DNA of 51,867 nt from Nitrospira japonica (GCA_020725385.1 DYFC01000026.1:1-51867), one strand, 5' to 3'; shown: positions 30,173 to 40,346, counted from the first letter of the stretch. The notes: generated by a model not told the origin, from the sequence alone. Numbers and translations are program-made.

Positions 30173-30643
30173 ATGATGTTACATATGAAAACAGAGCTTC
30201 AAAAAATAGCAGAGAGATATGGAATTGCTTTGATTTATCTTTTCGGTTCGCAAGCTGAAGAAGGTAAAAAATATTTAGAAGGTGAAGAGATAACATCTAT
30301 TAAACAATCAGATCTTGATATTGCTGTTGCTTTTAAAAATACTGAGGGAGTAAATATAAAGACTTATGCATCTGTTTTTAAAGAATTCTCCCTGCTCTTC
30401 GATCCCTTTGAAATAGATCTTGTCTTTATGCATGAACATAGTCCACTTTTCCAATATGAAGTTATTAATGGAATTAGGATTTATTCAATAAATGAAGAAT
30501 ATGCTGATAATTTTGAAGAGACAATAATGAAACAAGCTGAGGACTTGTCATTCAAGAAAAAAGAATTTTATAAGGATATAATGGAGGCAATCGAAGATGG
30601 TTATTTCGAATTTGAATACAACCCGTATCTTAGAACTCGTTAG
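30173..30643 (+). CDS. Minimal nucleotidyltransferase antitoxin
   Basis: YLFGSQA...SDLDIAV; overlaps the downstream HEPN gene. Confidence 0.88.
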   Translation: MMLHMKTELQKIAERYGIALIYLFGSQAEEGKKYLEGEEITSIKQSDLDIAVAFKNTEGVNIKTYASVFKEFSLLFDPFEIDLVFMHEHSPLFQYEVINGIRIYSINEEYADNFEETIMKQAEDLSFKKKEFYKDIMEAIEDGYFEFEYNPYLRTR

Positions 30644-31049
30644 ATTTATCGAAACATGTCTCCAAGAAATAAAATATTTTGCCGATCTTTCTGAAGAAGA
30701 GTTCCTTTCGGATAAAAAGAATCCACCTTTTGTTGAAAGTTATCTAAGAAGGTCACTTGAGGCAATTTTTGATATCGGAAGACATATTCTGGCAAAAACA
30801 TATGGCTTTAAAGAATTAGAATATAAAGCGATAGCAAAGGAATTGGGTAATAAAGGAATAATTACAAAACAATTATCCGATTCCCTTTTAATGATGGCAG
30901 GCTATAGAAATAGAATGGTTCATTTTTATAAAGAAGTGACACCTTTGGAACTTTATCAAATTGTCAAAAATAACTTATCTGACATTGAACAATTCATAAA
31001 AGAGATAAATGCTTTTTTGAAAGATTACTCTAATATAAAAATACATTAG
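30597..31049 (+). CDS. HEPN (DUF86/HepT) RNase toxin
   Basis: MAGYRNRMVHFY = Rx4HxY; DIGRHIL. Confidence 0.9.
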   Translation: MVISNLNTTRILELVRFIETCLQEIKYFADLSEEEFLSDKKNPPFVESYLRRSLEAIFDIGRHILAKTYGFKELEYKAIAKELGNKGIITKQLSDSLLMMAGYRNRMVHFYKEVTPLELYQIVKNNLSDIEQFIKEINAFLKDYSNIKIH

Positions 31050-31061
31050 TGTTTTAATTAT

Positions 31062-31157
31062 CTATGATTCTCTAACAATTTTCTCAAAAACTTCAAGAGC
31101 CCTTTTTACAACCTGATCCATGTTGTAATATTTATATTCAGCAAGCCTGCCGATACA
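31062..31157 (-). pseudogene. glf: 3' remnant of UDP-galactopyranose mutase
   Basis: Translates CIGRLAEYKYYNMDQVVKRALEVFEKIVRES*; no upstream body. Confidence 0.8.
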
Positions 31158-31223
31158 GGATTTATTCGAATTTTCTTTTAACAAGAAGCAATAAAACATG
31201 TAAAATTCATCTGGCGGCTAATA

Positions 31224-32153
31224 TTAACAAAAGGTACTTTTACCTTTAATACCTCTTAAATAATCGAAATAACCAAATAAAGCACTTTGTACTGCTTTGA
31301 AACGTTTTTTAAATAATTGTATTGTAATCCAAACTGGTATTAATGTTAAGAACTGAACAAGATTGAATAGTAACTTTTTAAAGAAAGGTAGTCTTTTATT
31401 AAAAAAATACATTCTATTTCTGTGAAAATAGTATTGGTTTCGCATGGAATATAATCCGCCTATGGATGCACTTACTTTGTGATATATAATAACATTACAG
31501 TTAACAATAAGAGAATATCCTGCTTCTTTTACTCTGCATGAAAAATCAATATCTTCGACGTTCAAAAAATAATTCTCATCGAAGAATCCTACTGCCTTGA
31601 ATACTTCAGAAGGTATTAACATTAAGCATCCTGTTATAAAATCAGATTCTATTAGATTAGAACAGATATCGGTTTTATGATAAAAAGCGCCTTTAAAATA
31701 ATTTATAATTCCTCCGCTAAACCATACCTGTTCCTTATTATTATAATAGTGAATTCTACACCCAATCACTCCAATTTTCTTATTTATAAGTGAAGTCGTT
31801 ATTAATTTATCAATAAAGTCTTCAGTTACAACAGTGTCGTTATTAAGTAGTAGAATAAAATCTGCGTTATTGTCGAGCGCATATTGAATCCCTTTGTTAT
31901 TTGCACCTCCAAATCCTATATTCTGCTCTATTTGCAAAATTGTGATGAAATCATCACAATTTTTTAATTTTATCCACTCCCTTATTTTTTGAACTGAATT
32001 ATCAGAAGAACCATTATCAATGAGTATAATTTTTTTATTATTGTATTTATTAAGAAGTAGTGAATCAATACATTCGACTGTATCTGAAAAGTTGTTCCAG
32101 TTTACGATTATTATAAAGATAGAAGCACTAGCCCTATTGTTTTCTTTTTTCAT
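31224..32153 (-). CDS. Glycosyltransferase family 2 (RfbF/WbbL-like)
   Basis: IIVNWN, IDNGSSD, NIGFGGANN, LLNNDT, EDIDFS. Confidence 0.92.
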   Translation of the reverse strand: MKKENNRASASIFIIIVNWNNFSDTVECIDSLLLNKYNNKKIILIDNGSSDNSVQKIREWIKLKNCDDFITILQIEQNIGFGGANNKGIQYALDNNADFILLLNNDTVVTEDFIDKLITTSLINKKIGVIGCRIHYYNNKEQVWFSGGIINYFKGAFYHKTDICSNLIESDFITGCLMLIPSEVFKAVGFFDENYFLNVEDIDFSCRVKEAGYSLIVNCNVIIYHKVSASIGGLYSMRNQYYFHRNRMYFFNKRLPFFKKLLFNLVQFLTLIPVWITIQLFKKRFKAVQSALFGYFDYLRGIKGKSTFC

Positions 32154-32856
32154 ATGAGATTAACGACAGGATGAATAAAAAGTCAATAAGTAACATATTT
32201 ATTGTACCCATTAGAGAGGAAATAATAAATCCAATTTTAACGTTATTAAAAATAGGGAAAATAAAGAAAACTATTGTCTGAAATTCAACAATAGTAAAAG
32301 GATATGTAAATTTGCCTAAAAATTTATTTTTAATGCTAATTTTACTGATCTTAGTGTTAATTTTCTTTATTATTTCTTCCTTTTTGTCTGCAAATGCTTT
32401 TTGCTTGAATTCATGAAATAGAGTTTGCGATAAAAAAATAAAAATAAACCAAATTTCAAGGAAAAGCAAGTGGATGTCTGGATTTTTATAATATTGCCCT
32501 AAAATTAAAGCATTAGAAAGAATAAATCCTTTCCAGATGTCAAAGTAAGGATCAATAAATGTTCCAAGTTTTGATTTTTTATTCTTTAGACGTGCAAGTG
32601 TGCCATCCATTGCATCGAGAGCAAAAGAGATTTCATATAAAAATCCCCCAACGATAAGATACCCCCAAGTTCCCTGATAAAAACACGCAGCTGATATAAG
32701 TGCAATAAGAAAAGATATAACTGTCAGATTATTTGGTGTAATAGAAGAATAATTTGCTATTAAAAGTAATGCCCTATCTGAAAAAGGATGAACAATCCAT
32801 TTTGACCAATTCCCAACAGGTTCAGAATGAAACTTGATGTCTTTAAGAGAAAACAT
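32134..32856 (-). CDS. CDP-alcohol phosphotransferase family protein
   Basis: TPNNLT and DAMDGTLAR...G...D...D signature. Confidence 0.9.
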   Translation of the reverse strand: MFSLKDIKFHSEPVGNWSKWIVHPFSDRALLLIANYSSITPNNLTVISFLIALISAACFYQGTWGYLIVGGFLYEISFALDAMDGTLARLKNKKSKLGTFIDPYFDIWKGFILSNALILGQYYKNPDIHLLFLEIWFIFIFLSQTLFHEFKQKAFADKKEEIIKKINTKISKISIKNKFLGKFTYPFTIVEFQTIVFFIFPIFNNVKIGFIISSLMGTINMLLIDFLFILSLISYEKRKQ

Positions 32857-32859
32857 TTA

Positions 32860-33693
32860 TTATTTTTTCCTGCAAATAAAAAAATACTGCGTCACTGGAT
32901 ATTTTGTTTTTTTTAGTCTCGAATGTTTTAAATGAGTAAGAAATTTAATGCGTAAAAGATAAGGATCCATTCTCCACTGAATTTCATATAATAACTTCAT
33001 AAATGATTTGATAAATTTTGAATTTTTTAAAAATTTTGGAACTACATAAAGAAAAAAAGGTACAGGAAACACATAAGAATGAGTTTCGCATGTTTTTTCT
33101 ATTATAAAATATTTTTCAAGGAGATTAATAAAACGATCAATTGGGCGATAATAAGCAGAGTATTTATTTCCTGCTACCGATAAATCTTCAACCATAATCT
33201 CTTTTGTAAGACTTATGCTTTCTCGGAGAATAAGCAACCCTCCGTTAACTAGTTTTTCATTGCATCTTCGAATAATGTTAATGAAATCCGAATCGTGGAC
33301 ATAGAGAAGCACTCCTCCAATGTGAATTATATCAACTGGTTCGTTAAGTGTAAAATCAGAAATTGATTCCTGCTTCCATTCAATGTTTGTTAATTTTTTT
33401 TTTAAAGCTTCTGTACGTCCGATTTCTATAAGCGTTTCTGATATGTCGCTTGCAATAACTTTTTTGCATTTACCGGCAAAATCGAGAGTCCATCTTCCAG
33501 TCCCGCAACCAATATCTGCAAGTATAAGATCGGGATTAAGTTTAATTATTTTAAATAATATATTTTTTTCTGTTTTGTCTCTATAAACAGCGTGATAAGG
33601 GATTTCAAAGGATAACGTTGTTATTAATAAAGGATTTTCGTTACAAATACAAGGACATTTATCCCAGAAATCTTTAATTTTCTCCTTTTCCAT
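32860..33693 (-). CDS. Class I SAM methyltransferase, resembling phosphoethanolamine N-methyltransferase
   Basis: DIGCGTGRWT, GVLLYVHD, GGLLILRES, YYRP. Confidence 0.85.
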   Translation of the reverse strand: MEKEKIKDFWDKCPCICNENPLLITTLSFEIPYHAVYRDKTEKNILFKIIKLNPDLILADIGCGTGRWTLDFAGKCKKVIASDISETLIEIGRTEALKKKLTNIEWKQESISDFTLNEPVDIIHIGGVLLYVHDSDFINIIRRCNEKLVNGGLLILRESISLTKEIMVEDLSVAGNKYSAYYRPIDRFINLLEKYFIIEKTCETHSYVFPVPFFLYVVPKFLKNSKFIKSFMKLLYEIQWRMDPYLLRIKFLTHLKHSRLKKTKYPVTQYFFICRKK

Positions 33694-33694
33694 C

Positions 33695-34426
33695 TTATGA
33701 AAACAAATTCATTGCGTAATTGAGATCATGGATATTATCTATTTCAGCCCACTTATAACCTTCTATATTACAGATTGAAATGTTCAAGGATGATATATAT
33801 TTCGATAAAACGAGGTCATAATAAATATTTTTATTATTGTTTGTTATTTCATTATCAAGAAATTCAGAAAATAATTTTCCGCAATCACTGTTGATTTTGA
33901 GAATTCCAACAGACTTGTACATATTTTCATTATATTCTTTAAGTTCTTCCCTTACAATCTGAATTGATATAATTCTACCAGCATTGTCCGCTGTCAGGAG
34001 ACAACCATCCATACCTTTAATGAATTTGTCCACCATCCACATTGAATTATCAGAATTTGATGAGAGTTTTTTAAAAGCTTCTTCATCAAAAATAACATCA
34101 CTTTCAATAATATAAGCTCCATCTTGAAGGTATTTACGTGCTAACCAGAGGGACACAATATTATTTGTTGACATATATTCTTGATTTTCAATTAAAACAA
34201 AATCCGATAACTTGAAACTATGACCCAATAATTCAATTATCTTTTTACTCTGGAATCCTAAGACTATTATTATTTTTTCAATACCATATTTTTTAATAAT
34301 AGAAATGCTTCTTTCTATAATGGAAACATTATTTATTTTTATCATACATTTAGGAATATCTTGTGTTATGGGATTTAAACGTAAGCCAAGACCTGCAGCT
34401 AGAATTATTGCATTCGTTATTTTCAT
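33695..34426 (-). CDS. Phosphocholine cytidylyltransferase (LicC)-like NTP transferase
   Basis: AIILAAGLGLRL, PKCM, TNNIVSLWLA, ESDVIF, WAEIDN. Confidence 0.85.
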   Translation of the reverse strand: MKITNAIILAAGLGLRLNPITQDIPKCMIKINNVSIIERSISIIKKYGIEKIIIVLGFQSKKIIELLGHSFKLSDFVLIENQEYMSTNNIVSLWLARKYLQDGAYIIESDVIFDEEAFKKLSSNSDNSMWMVDKFIKGMDGCLLTADNAGRIISIQIVREELKEYNENMYKSVGILKINSDCGKLFSEFLDNEITNNNKNIYYDLVLSKYISSLNISICNIEGYKWAEIDNIHDLNYAMNLFS

Positions 34427-35841
34427 ATTTTTCTCAAAAAGCTGTACATAGAGCTATCTCTGAAATCTTTCAATAATACATTGTAAATGTAACATATTAC
34501 TATTAAAATGTAAATTAAAAGGCCTATAGAATAATAATTGTCTGATATGTTCATTATTATAACATTCGATAAAATAATAATAAAAAAAACAATATTCTTT
34601 GCTGAAAAAAATGGCAATTGCAATTTAGCAAAAACGATAAAATAAGCACATTTCATTCCCACATAAGTGAGCATCGTCGCGATAGCCGCGCCTATGATCC
34701 CGAATTTGGGTATAAGAATAAGATTTATTACAACATTTGTAGCTGCTGCCCCAAAAGCTATATGGAAATTGATTCTTTGGTACCCTATTGCAGGGAGAAT
34801 AATACCATAAGGTGGACCGTAATAGAAAAGGTAGCCTATCCCGAGCAAAATCAGGGCAGTTGATGCCCCTAAGTATTCCTTTCCGTAAACAATAGAAAGA
34901 GTTTCTTTGCTGAAAAAAATAACCATAAGAAGGATCGGCCAAACCAGAGCTATAGTAATATCACTGACTTTGCGAATTATATATTTACCTTTTTCAGGGC
35001 TCTCTAGAAATTTTGCTGATATAAAAGGGAAAAGATTGTTTAACATGACATCTCCAAGAAATACAGAGACTACTGTTATTTTTATAGCTGCCTGATATAA
35101 TCCAACCGAATCAATAGAGGTGTAGTGCGATAATATAATAGTATCAATTTGAACATAAATCCATGAAGTCAGTGTATATAGCAAGAAATATTTTGATTCT
35201 AAAAGCAAATTTTTCCATATGTTTGATTGAAATTTGAGTTTTATCTGAGAAGTTTTCTTTAAGACAAAAAAACAGAAAGACATTAAGATTGAATTATTAA
35301 GAACCCATAACATTATGACTTTGTCGATCTTTACCTCAAAAAAGTATATATAGAACAAGAAAATTCCTGTAAATAGTAAGTTAAAAAAAGAAACAAGTAA
35401 TTCTATGTCCATTCTACCTGTAGCTCTGAAAGAGAAGATGAAAAGGTTTGTAATTCCTATTGGCAACATTGATAATCCGAAGATGAAGGAAAGTCTTATG
35501 ATATGTTCAGAATATCCTGATATGCTGACAAATGTCTGCATAAAAATATAGGCAATAATAAAAAGCAACAACTTTATTGATAAAACGTTATTAAGATACG
35601 TATTTAGTAACTCTCCTTTCTTTGAAATATCTCTTAGATATAGGGTATTTATACCGAAATCTGCAATTAGAATGAAAAAATTCTGTATTGTTGCGATAAG
35701 GAAAAACTCGCCGAAATGTGTTGGACCGACTTTTTTTGCGATTATCAGGGCTATGAAAAAATTAAGGACATATGAAATCAATTGTGAAAGAAGAAGATAT
35801 ATGAAATTTTTTATGAATCTAACAACTTCTATTCTGTCCAT
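34423..35841 (-). CDS. Wzx-type polysaccharide flippase
   Basis: Polytopic membrane protein with DFGI, IDTIIL, VGLYQAA, LIPKFGIIGAAIAT. Confidence 0.92.
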   Translation of the reverse strand: MDRIEVVRFIKNFIYLLLSQLISYVLNFFIALIIAKKVGPTHFGEFFLIATIQNFFILIADFGINTLYLRDISKKGELLNTYLNNVLSIKLLLFIIAYIFMQTFVSISGYSEHIIRLSFIFGLSMLPIGITNLFIFSFRATGRMDIELLVSFFNLLFTGIFLFYIYFFEVKIDKVIMLWVLNNSILMSFCFFVLKKTSQIKLKFQSNIWKNLLLESKYFLLYTLTSWIYVQIDTIILSHYTSIDSVGLYQAAIKITVVSVFLGDVMLNNLFPFISAKFLESPEKGKYIIRKVSDITIALVWPILLMVIFFSKETLSIVYGKEYLGASTALILLGIGYLFYYGPPYGIILPAIGYQRINFHIAFGAAATNVVINLILIPKFGIIGAAIATMLTYVGMKCAYFIVFAKLQLPFFSAKNIVFFIIILSNVIIMNISDNYYSIGLLIYILIVICYIYNVLLKDFRDSSMYSFLRKI

Positions 35842-36865
35842 TAATGAGTTGTATCAGGGTGTTTTCAAATAAATATTTTGAGTTATTAAGGTCGAATTTG
35901 GATACCGTATCTTTTGAATTTTTTATCAAAATATTGGCTAATTCCTTATTAGAAAAAATTGATTTAATTTTTTCTTCAAGACATTCTGTGTCCTCAACAG
36001 GACAGACCAGCCCGTTAAATCCATCTTTAACAATATTTGAAGCTTCAGTAGTAACAACAGGGCATCCACAAGACATTGCTTCAAGTATAAAAAGTGGCAA
36101 CCCTTCATGTCTTGATGGATAAAAAAATATATCAGAACATGAAAGTAATTTTCTTAAAATTTCAGGGGTAACGAAACCAAAATATTTTAAAGGAAACGAA
36201 ACTGGAATATGTTCACCGACTGACCATACTGATATTTCGCCAGCATCTATCCGATTTTTGAATTTCTCTAACACTCTTATAGCCAAATCAAAACCTTTTC
36301 TGAAATCACTTCTAGAAAAAATTAAAATAACTTTACTTTTGCCTTTTAAAGACAAATAAACTTCATCTTTATCAGGGTAAAAGAGATTTGTGTCGACGCC
36401 GTTATTAATAACTTTAACGTTTGCAGAAAATCTCTGTTTAAGTAAAGTCCCAAGCTTTTCAGAAACAGCAATCGTGGGTATTTTAAGGAAATTTAGACAA
36501 ATGTAATATATTAAACGAATAAAAAGCTTCATTATAGAACTTTTATAATATGATTCATCATAGTCTTGAGCAAAATAGAGTAAATTTTTACGGTTCCGAA
36601 ACGAGAGCAATAATGTCATTATTATGATATCTGCGATTATGAGATCTGATTTTTTATTAAAAAATAAAGCATGTATTATTGTACTTAATTTGCTTTTGCC
36701 TCGGGAAATGTTTTCTACTTTCGCCTGAATATCAAAGACCGTATCAACAATATTGGTAAGGATAGTAACGTCATGGCCTTTGAATTTCAAATAATTAGCG
36801 TATTCTGTTACCATTTTATCGCCACCTCTACTTAAAAGTGAATGCCTGAAAAAGCAAATATTCAT
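35819..36865 (-). CDS. Glycosyltransferase family 4
   Basis: RGGDK, NGVD, RKGFD, EGLPLFILEAMSCG (Ex7E). Confidence 0.92.
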   Translation of the reverse strand: MNICFFRHSLLSRGGDKMVTEYANYLKFKGHDVTILTNIVDTVFDIQAKVENISRGKSKLSTIIHALFFNKKSDLIIADIIIMTLLLSFRNRKNLLYFAQDYDESYYKSSIMKLFIRLIYYICLNFLKIPTIAVSEKLGTLLKQRFSANVKVINNGVDTNLFYPDKDEVYLSLKGKSKVILIFSRSDFRKGFDLAIRVLEKFKNRIDAGEISVWSVGEHIPVSFPLKYFGFVTPEILRKLLSCSDIFFYPSRHEGLPLFILEAMSCGCPVVTTEASNIVKDGFNGLVCPVEDTECLEEKIKSIFSNKELANILIKNSKDTVSKFDLNNSKYLFENTLIQLINGQNRSC

Positions 36866-37845
36866 ATTTTTTTAGACTTTTTTAAGTACAAAGCAACCTG
36901 ATCACCCTTATTCTCAAGGTTGAGCTTTTTTGCTTTCTCCCTGAACTTATATATATCGGATCTTGAAAAAAACGATTTCGATGGATTGATTCTATATGAA
37001 ATTTCAGATAAATGAGCTATGCCCTTTCGATTTTGCTCACTTCCCCAGAACTGGAACTCGTTGGAATCATAATATATATAATATAACTCCATATTTGATT
37101 TTTCGGCCAATATTTGAAAGCTCTCAATTGAATAAAGAAATAAATGCCTCGGAGCATCAAGTTGTACCCAGTCTGTACCATAATGTTCCCATGCATAAGA
37201 AGAGACAGTAGGAATTCTGATTAAACAGACTCCATACTCTGACAGGAGTTTTGAAACATGTAGCAAAGTTTCAAGAGGATCTGTCAAATGCTCAAAAGAA
37301 TGGTGAAACATAATTATATCCCATTCACCTTTGAGTTTATATATTGAACTTTTAACAATTTTAAGGCCATTCTCATATGTAATATCCTCTTCGATATAAG
37401 GATCGATTCCCAATAATTTATTAAAACCTAATTCTGTAAGTGAATAAAGTAAAAAACCTGCACCACAGCCGACATCCAGTATTTTTGTGAATTTGGTTAA
37501 TTTCAACTTTGATAAACTTCTTAAGGATTCGTTGGGAAAATAATTATAAAGTAGTTTTCCTATAATCCCTCTATTTAATACCGCATATTTATCCCTTAAC
37601 CTTCTTGCTAACCTTTCAATCGGGTTTTTAAAATATTGTGACGATGATTCAAAGCTATAATAATCCGAGCTATAATATTTTGATAAATCTTTAGGGAATT
37701 CCTGAATTTGTAAACATTTGCATTTTGAACATTGGAAATAAGTAAAACAATCTCCGGTACCGAACATAGTTTCCCGAACTGTAAATAGTCTGTTGTTTTC
37801 GTCGTTATCGCAAATTCTACAAGTATTTATTTTAGTGCCTCCCAA
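36862..37845 (-). CDS. Class I SAM methyltransferase with an N-terminal zinc ribbon
   Basis: CRIC...CSKC, LDVGCGAG, HSFEHL, LDAPRHL. Confidence 0.9.
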   Translation of the reverse strand: MGGTKINTCRICDNDENNRLFTVRETMFGTGDCFTYFQCSKCKCLQIQEFPKDLSKYYSSDYYSFESSSQYFKNPIERLARRLRDKYAVLNRGIIGKLLYNYFPNESLRSLSKLKLTKFTKILDVGCGAGFLLYSLTELGFNKLLGIDPYIEEDITYENGLKIVKSSIYKLKGEWDIIMFHHSFEHLTDPLETLLHVSKLLSEYGVCLIRIPTVSSYAWEHYGTDWVQLDAPRHLFLYSIESFQILAEKSNMELYYIYYDSNEFQFWGSEQNRKGIAHLSEISYRINPSKSFFSRSDIYKFREKAKKLNLENKGDQVALYLKKSKKI

Positions 37846-37846
37846 A

Positions 37847-38701
37847 TCAATATCCAGCTAGATGTGAATACCTAATAATAAAAATAGATAAAATCCATAA
37901 TATAATGGTAACAATAAGGAGAAAATCTTTTGTCATAGCTTCTGTCGGATCTCCCATACCCTGCTTTGAAATCATCAAATATCTGAACAATCCAAAAGTT
38001 ACAACTGGAATTGTATAAATAAGCCTGTGGAACTGTTCAACTGTATATAAGGAATATGCTATAAGTGCCGCTGATGATGAGATAAGCAATATTTCGTTTA
38101 GGGTTGATATTGAATAAGAGGTTAAACTTTTTCTGTGTTCTGCTATTTTCTCATTAAGCAATGAGACCTCTCCAAGCCTTTTGCCTGTAGCAAGAACAAG
38201 TGATATCATAAACATTGTAAGTAAAAGCCATCTGGATACTTCTACGTTAAAAACCACGCCACCTGCGAGAACTCTTATCACAAAGCCAGAAGCTATGCAA
38301 AAAATATCAAGGATTGGCACTGTTTTTAAATAGATGGAGTATCCGGTTTGTATGAGAAAATATAAGATAATAAAGTAAAAGAAATGGATTTCAATTTTAA
38401 AAGATAGAATTAATGAGGTTAAGATTAAAAAAGAAGATAATAAATAGGCAGAAGTTTTACTAATTTGACCCGATGCAATAGGTCTCTTGCTTTTTTTCGG
38501 ATGAAACCTGTCTCTTTCAATATCCCATATATCATTAAAAATATAAACAGAGCTTGCACAAAATGAAAAGGCTATAAAAGCAGGAATCCCGGCATATGCT
38601 ATTTTTTCTGTAAATAATACACCTCCAAAAAAAGGAGCAGCAAAGAGAAAAAGATTTTTAATCCAGTGTTTTGTTCTAAGTATTTTTAAATATGAAATCA
38701 T
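37847..38701 (-). CDS. UbiA-family decaprenyl-phosphate phosphoribosyltransferase
   Basis: LRTKHWIKN, YIFNDIWDIERDRFHPKKSKRPIASG, GFVIRVLAG, KRLGE, GDPT. Confidence 0.88.
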   Translation of the reverse strand: MISYLKILRTKHWIKNLFLFAAPFFGGVLFTEKIAYAGIPAFIAFSFCASSVYIFNDIWDIERDRFHPKKSKRPIASGQISKTSAYLLSSFLILTSLILSFKIEIHFFYFIILYFLIQTGYSIYLKTVPILDIFCIASGFVIRVLAGGVVFNVEVSRWLLLTMFMISLVLATGKRLGEVSLLNEKIAEHRKSLTSYSISTLNEILLISSSAALIAYSLYTVEQFHRLIYTIPVVTFGLFRYLMISKQGMGDPTEAMTKDFLLIVTIILWILSIFIIRYSHLAGY

Positions 38702-38785
38702 ATAAATTTTATTATGATAACCCAACTAATACTAACATTGCTCTAAAAATTTGAAAACATAAAAATAAATTACATATCTTTAGCT

Positions 38786-38882
38786 TGTCATTCTCTATCT
38801 TGACCAGAGAATCCAGAAAACTTAAAACTGGATTCCCCGATCCCGCCACAAAAACGGCGGGCAGGCAAATCGGGGAATGACA
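38786..38882. repeat. Inverted doublet of TGTCATTC-N-GAATCCAG palindromic repeats
   Basis: 38786..38816 and 38828..38882; the second copy carries a 24-bp nested insert. Confidence 0.85.
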
Positions 38883-38886
38883 ATAT

Positions 38887-38905
38887 ATTCGGTTACCATG
38901 TCCGT
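38887..38905. repeat. 19-bp sequence, perfect inverted copy of 49301..49319
   Basis: ATTCGGTTACCATGTCCGT. Confidence 0.9.
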
Positions 38906-39012
38906 TGTCTGTGTCTGTTTTTTGTGCGATTAACGAACAACGGATTATGGAGAACGTACTTTCCAATATCTTTATTTTTCAATTGCATTTTTAGATTCAA
39001 ACAATATAACTT

Positions 39013-40326
39013 TTATATTACATTTCCCCCGGATTTTCTTGACAGGAATATTATTATCCAGGAAGTAAATAACGATACCAGTATCAGAACTATTGAAATC
39101 AGAAAATTGTTAAGAAGATCTGGATTTATAATCAGTAAAAGGCCAAGATAAAGCATCATTATTCCTGAAATAAGCTTTAAGATTTTTCCCTGCCATTCTG
39201 TGAGCTTACGCTTGCCGATACTTATGGAAAAAATGAAGACAATAGTCATCAGAGGAATTACATAAATCAAATTGTAGAAAATCAGATAAATGTAATAAGA
39301 ATATTTCGAAATATTATTCAAAGTTAAAGCTCTTGTATAGACCATGGGAAATCCTGCGGTACATAAAAGTTCGTATATATTGGCTGTAAAAGCAAGTATA
39401 ATTGTCCCTGTTATCATAGCCGGCCGCGAGCTTTCTCTTACTATTTTTCTTACAAGATCATATATCTTCGGTTTAGCCTTGTCCGGAATAGTTAGGGATA
39501 CCCCTTTTTTTAAAAAAAAGAACTCTTTAATATTGATTAAAGCGATTAGCAGAGCTGTTATTCCTGCAAAAATAGTTATTTCTTTCATGCCGCCTAAAAT
39601 CAAGAAAAGATTTAACCACGCTGACATAAAAGCAAAATAAATGAGCCCGGAGAAAAATATAAATATACCTCCTATTAATAACATAATTTTTCTTGAGTGA
39701 GCGTGTCCCAGAACACTTAACAAGATTAACAATACAAAAAAGGAGCAAGGATTAAATCCATCTATTCCGGCAATTATAATAGTCAGGACCGGTAACGATA
39801 TTTTAGATGAATCTACTTTGCCTAAAAATGGTAGTTCGATAATGTTATGATCTGAAGCAGATATATTTGTTTGGGGAATTATTTTCCGGTTTTGTGAATT
39901 CCGGATCTTTTCAACCGGATCTATGCAACCAAAATCAATACAGTGCTTGACAGCTAAATCAAGTGATTTTCCCGTTGTATCATCACTTAAATATCCTACG
40001 AATGGTTCAAAGTTTCCGATGAAAATAGCGGGAACAGCTTCAATTTTTATCCCGTAAGCATCGGACATGCTCGAAAAGAGCTTTGAGTTGTCAGTATTGT
40101 TCCAGACCTCATAAGATTTAATTTTGAGTTGTGGATATTTCTGTAATAGAACTTTTAAAAAACGGTCTGCTTCTTTGCAATTATGACAGCCTTTGCCCCA
40201 AAAAAAATATATTGTAACATCGTTGCCGGCCTTTACAACTTCGGAATGAAAAAAAATAAATTGTGAAATAATGAGAATGAAAAAGATATACCGGGTTCTA
40301 TTTTTGCATAGACGAAAAACTTCCAT
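39013..40326 (-). CDS. Thioredoxin/glutaredoxin domain fused to a CcdA/DsbD-like membrane domain
   Basis: N-terminal CHNC, then DGFNPC and ELLCTAGFP in a multi-TM region. Confidence 0.82.
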   Translation of the reverse strand: MEVFRLCKNRTRYIFFILIISQFIFFHSEVVKAGNDVTIYFFWGKGCHNCKEADRFLKVLLQKYPQLKIKSYEVWNNTDNSKLFSSMSDAYGIKIEAVPAIFIGNFEPFVGYLSDDTTGKSLDLAVKHCIDFGCIDPVEKIRNSQNRKIIPQTNISASDHNIIELPFLGKVDSSKISLPVLTIIIAGIDGFNPCSFFVLLILLSVLGHAHSRKIMLLIGGIFIFFSGLIYFAFMSAWLNLFLILGGMKEITIFAGITALLIALINIKEFFFLKKGVSLTIPDKAKPKIYDLVRKIVRESSRPAMITGTIILAFTANIYELLCTAGFPMVYTRALTLNNISKYSYYIYLIFYNLIYVIPLMTIVFIFSISIGKRKLTEWQGKILKLISGIMMLYLGLLLIINPDLLNNFLISIVLILVSLFTSWIIIFLSRKSGGNVI

Positions 40327-40346
40327 CTTACGGTTTTATTTTTCAA

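Noticed and set aside
38712-38966. 84-aa ORF upstream of the UbiA gene
   Set aside because: Runs through the repeat doublet; no SD or recognisable domain
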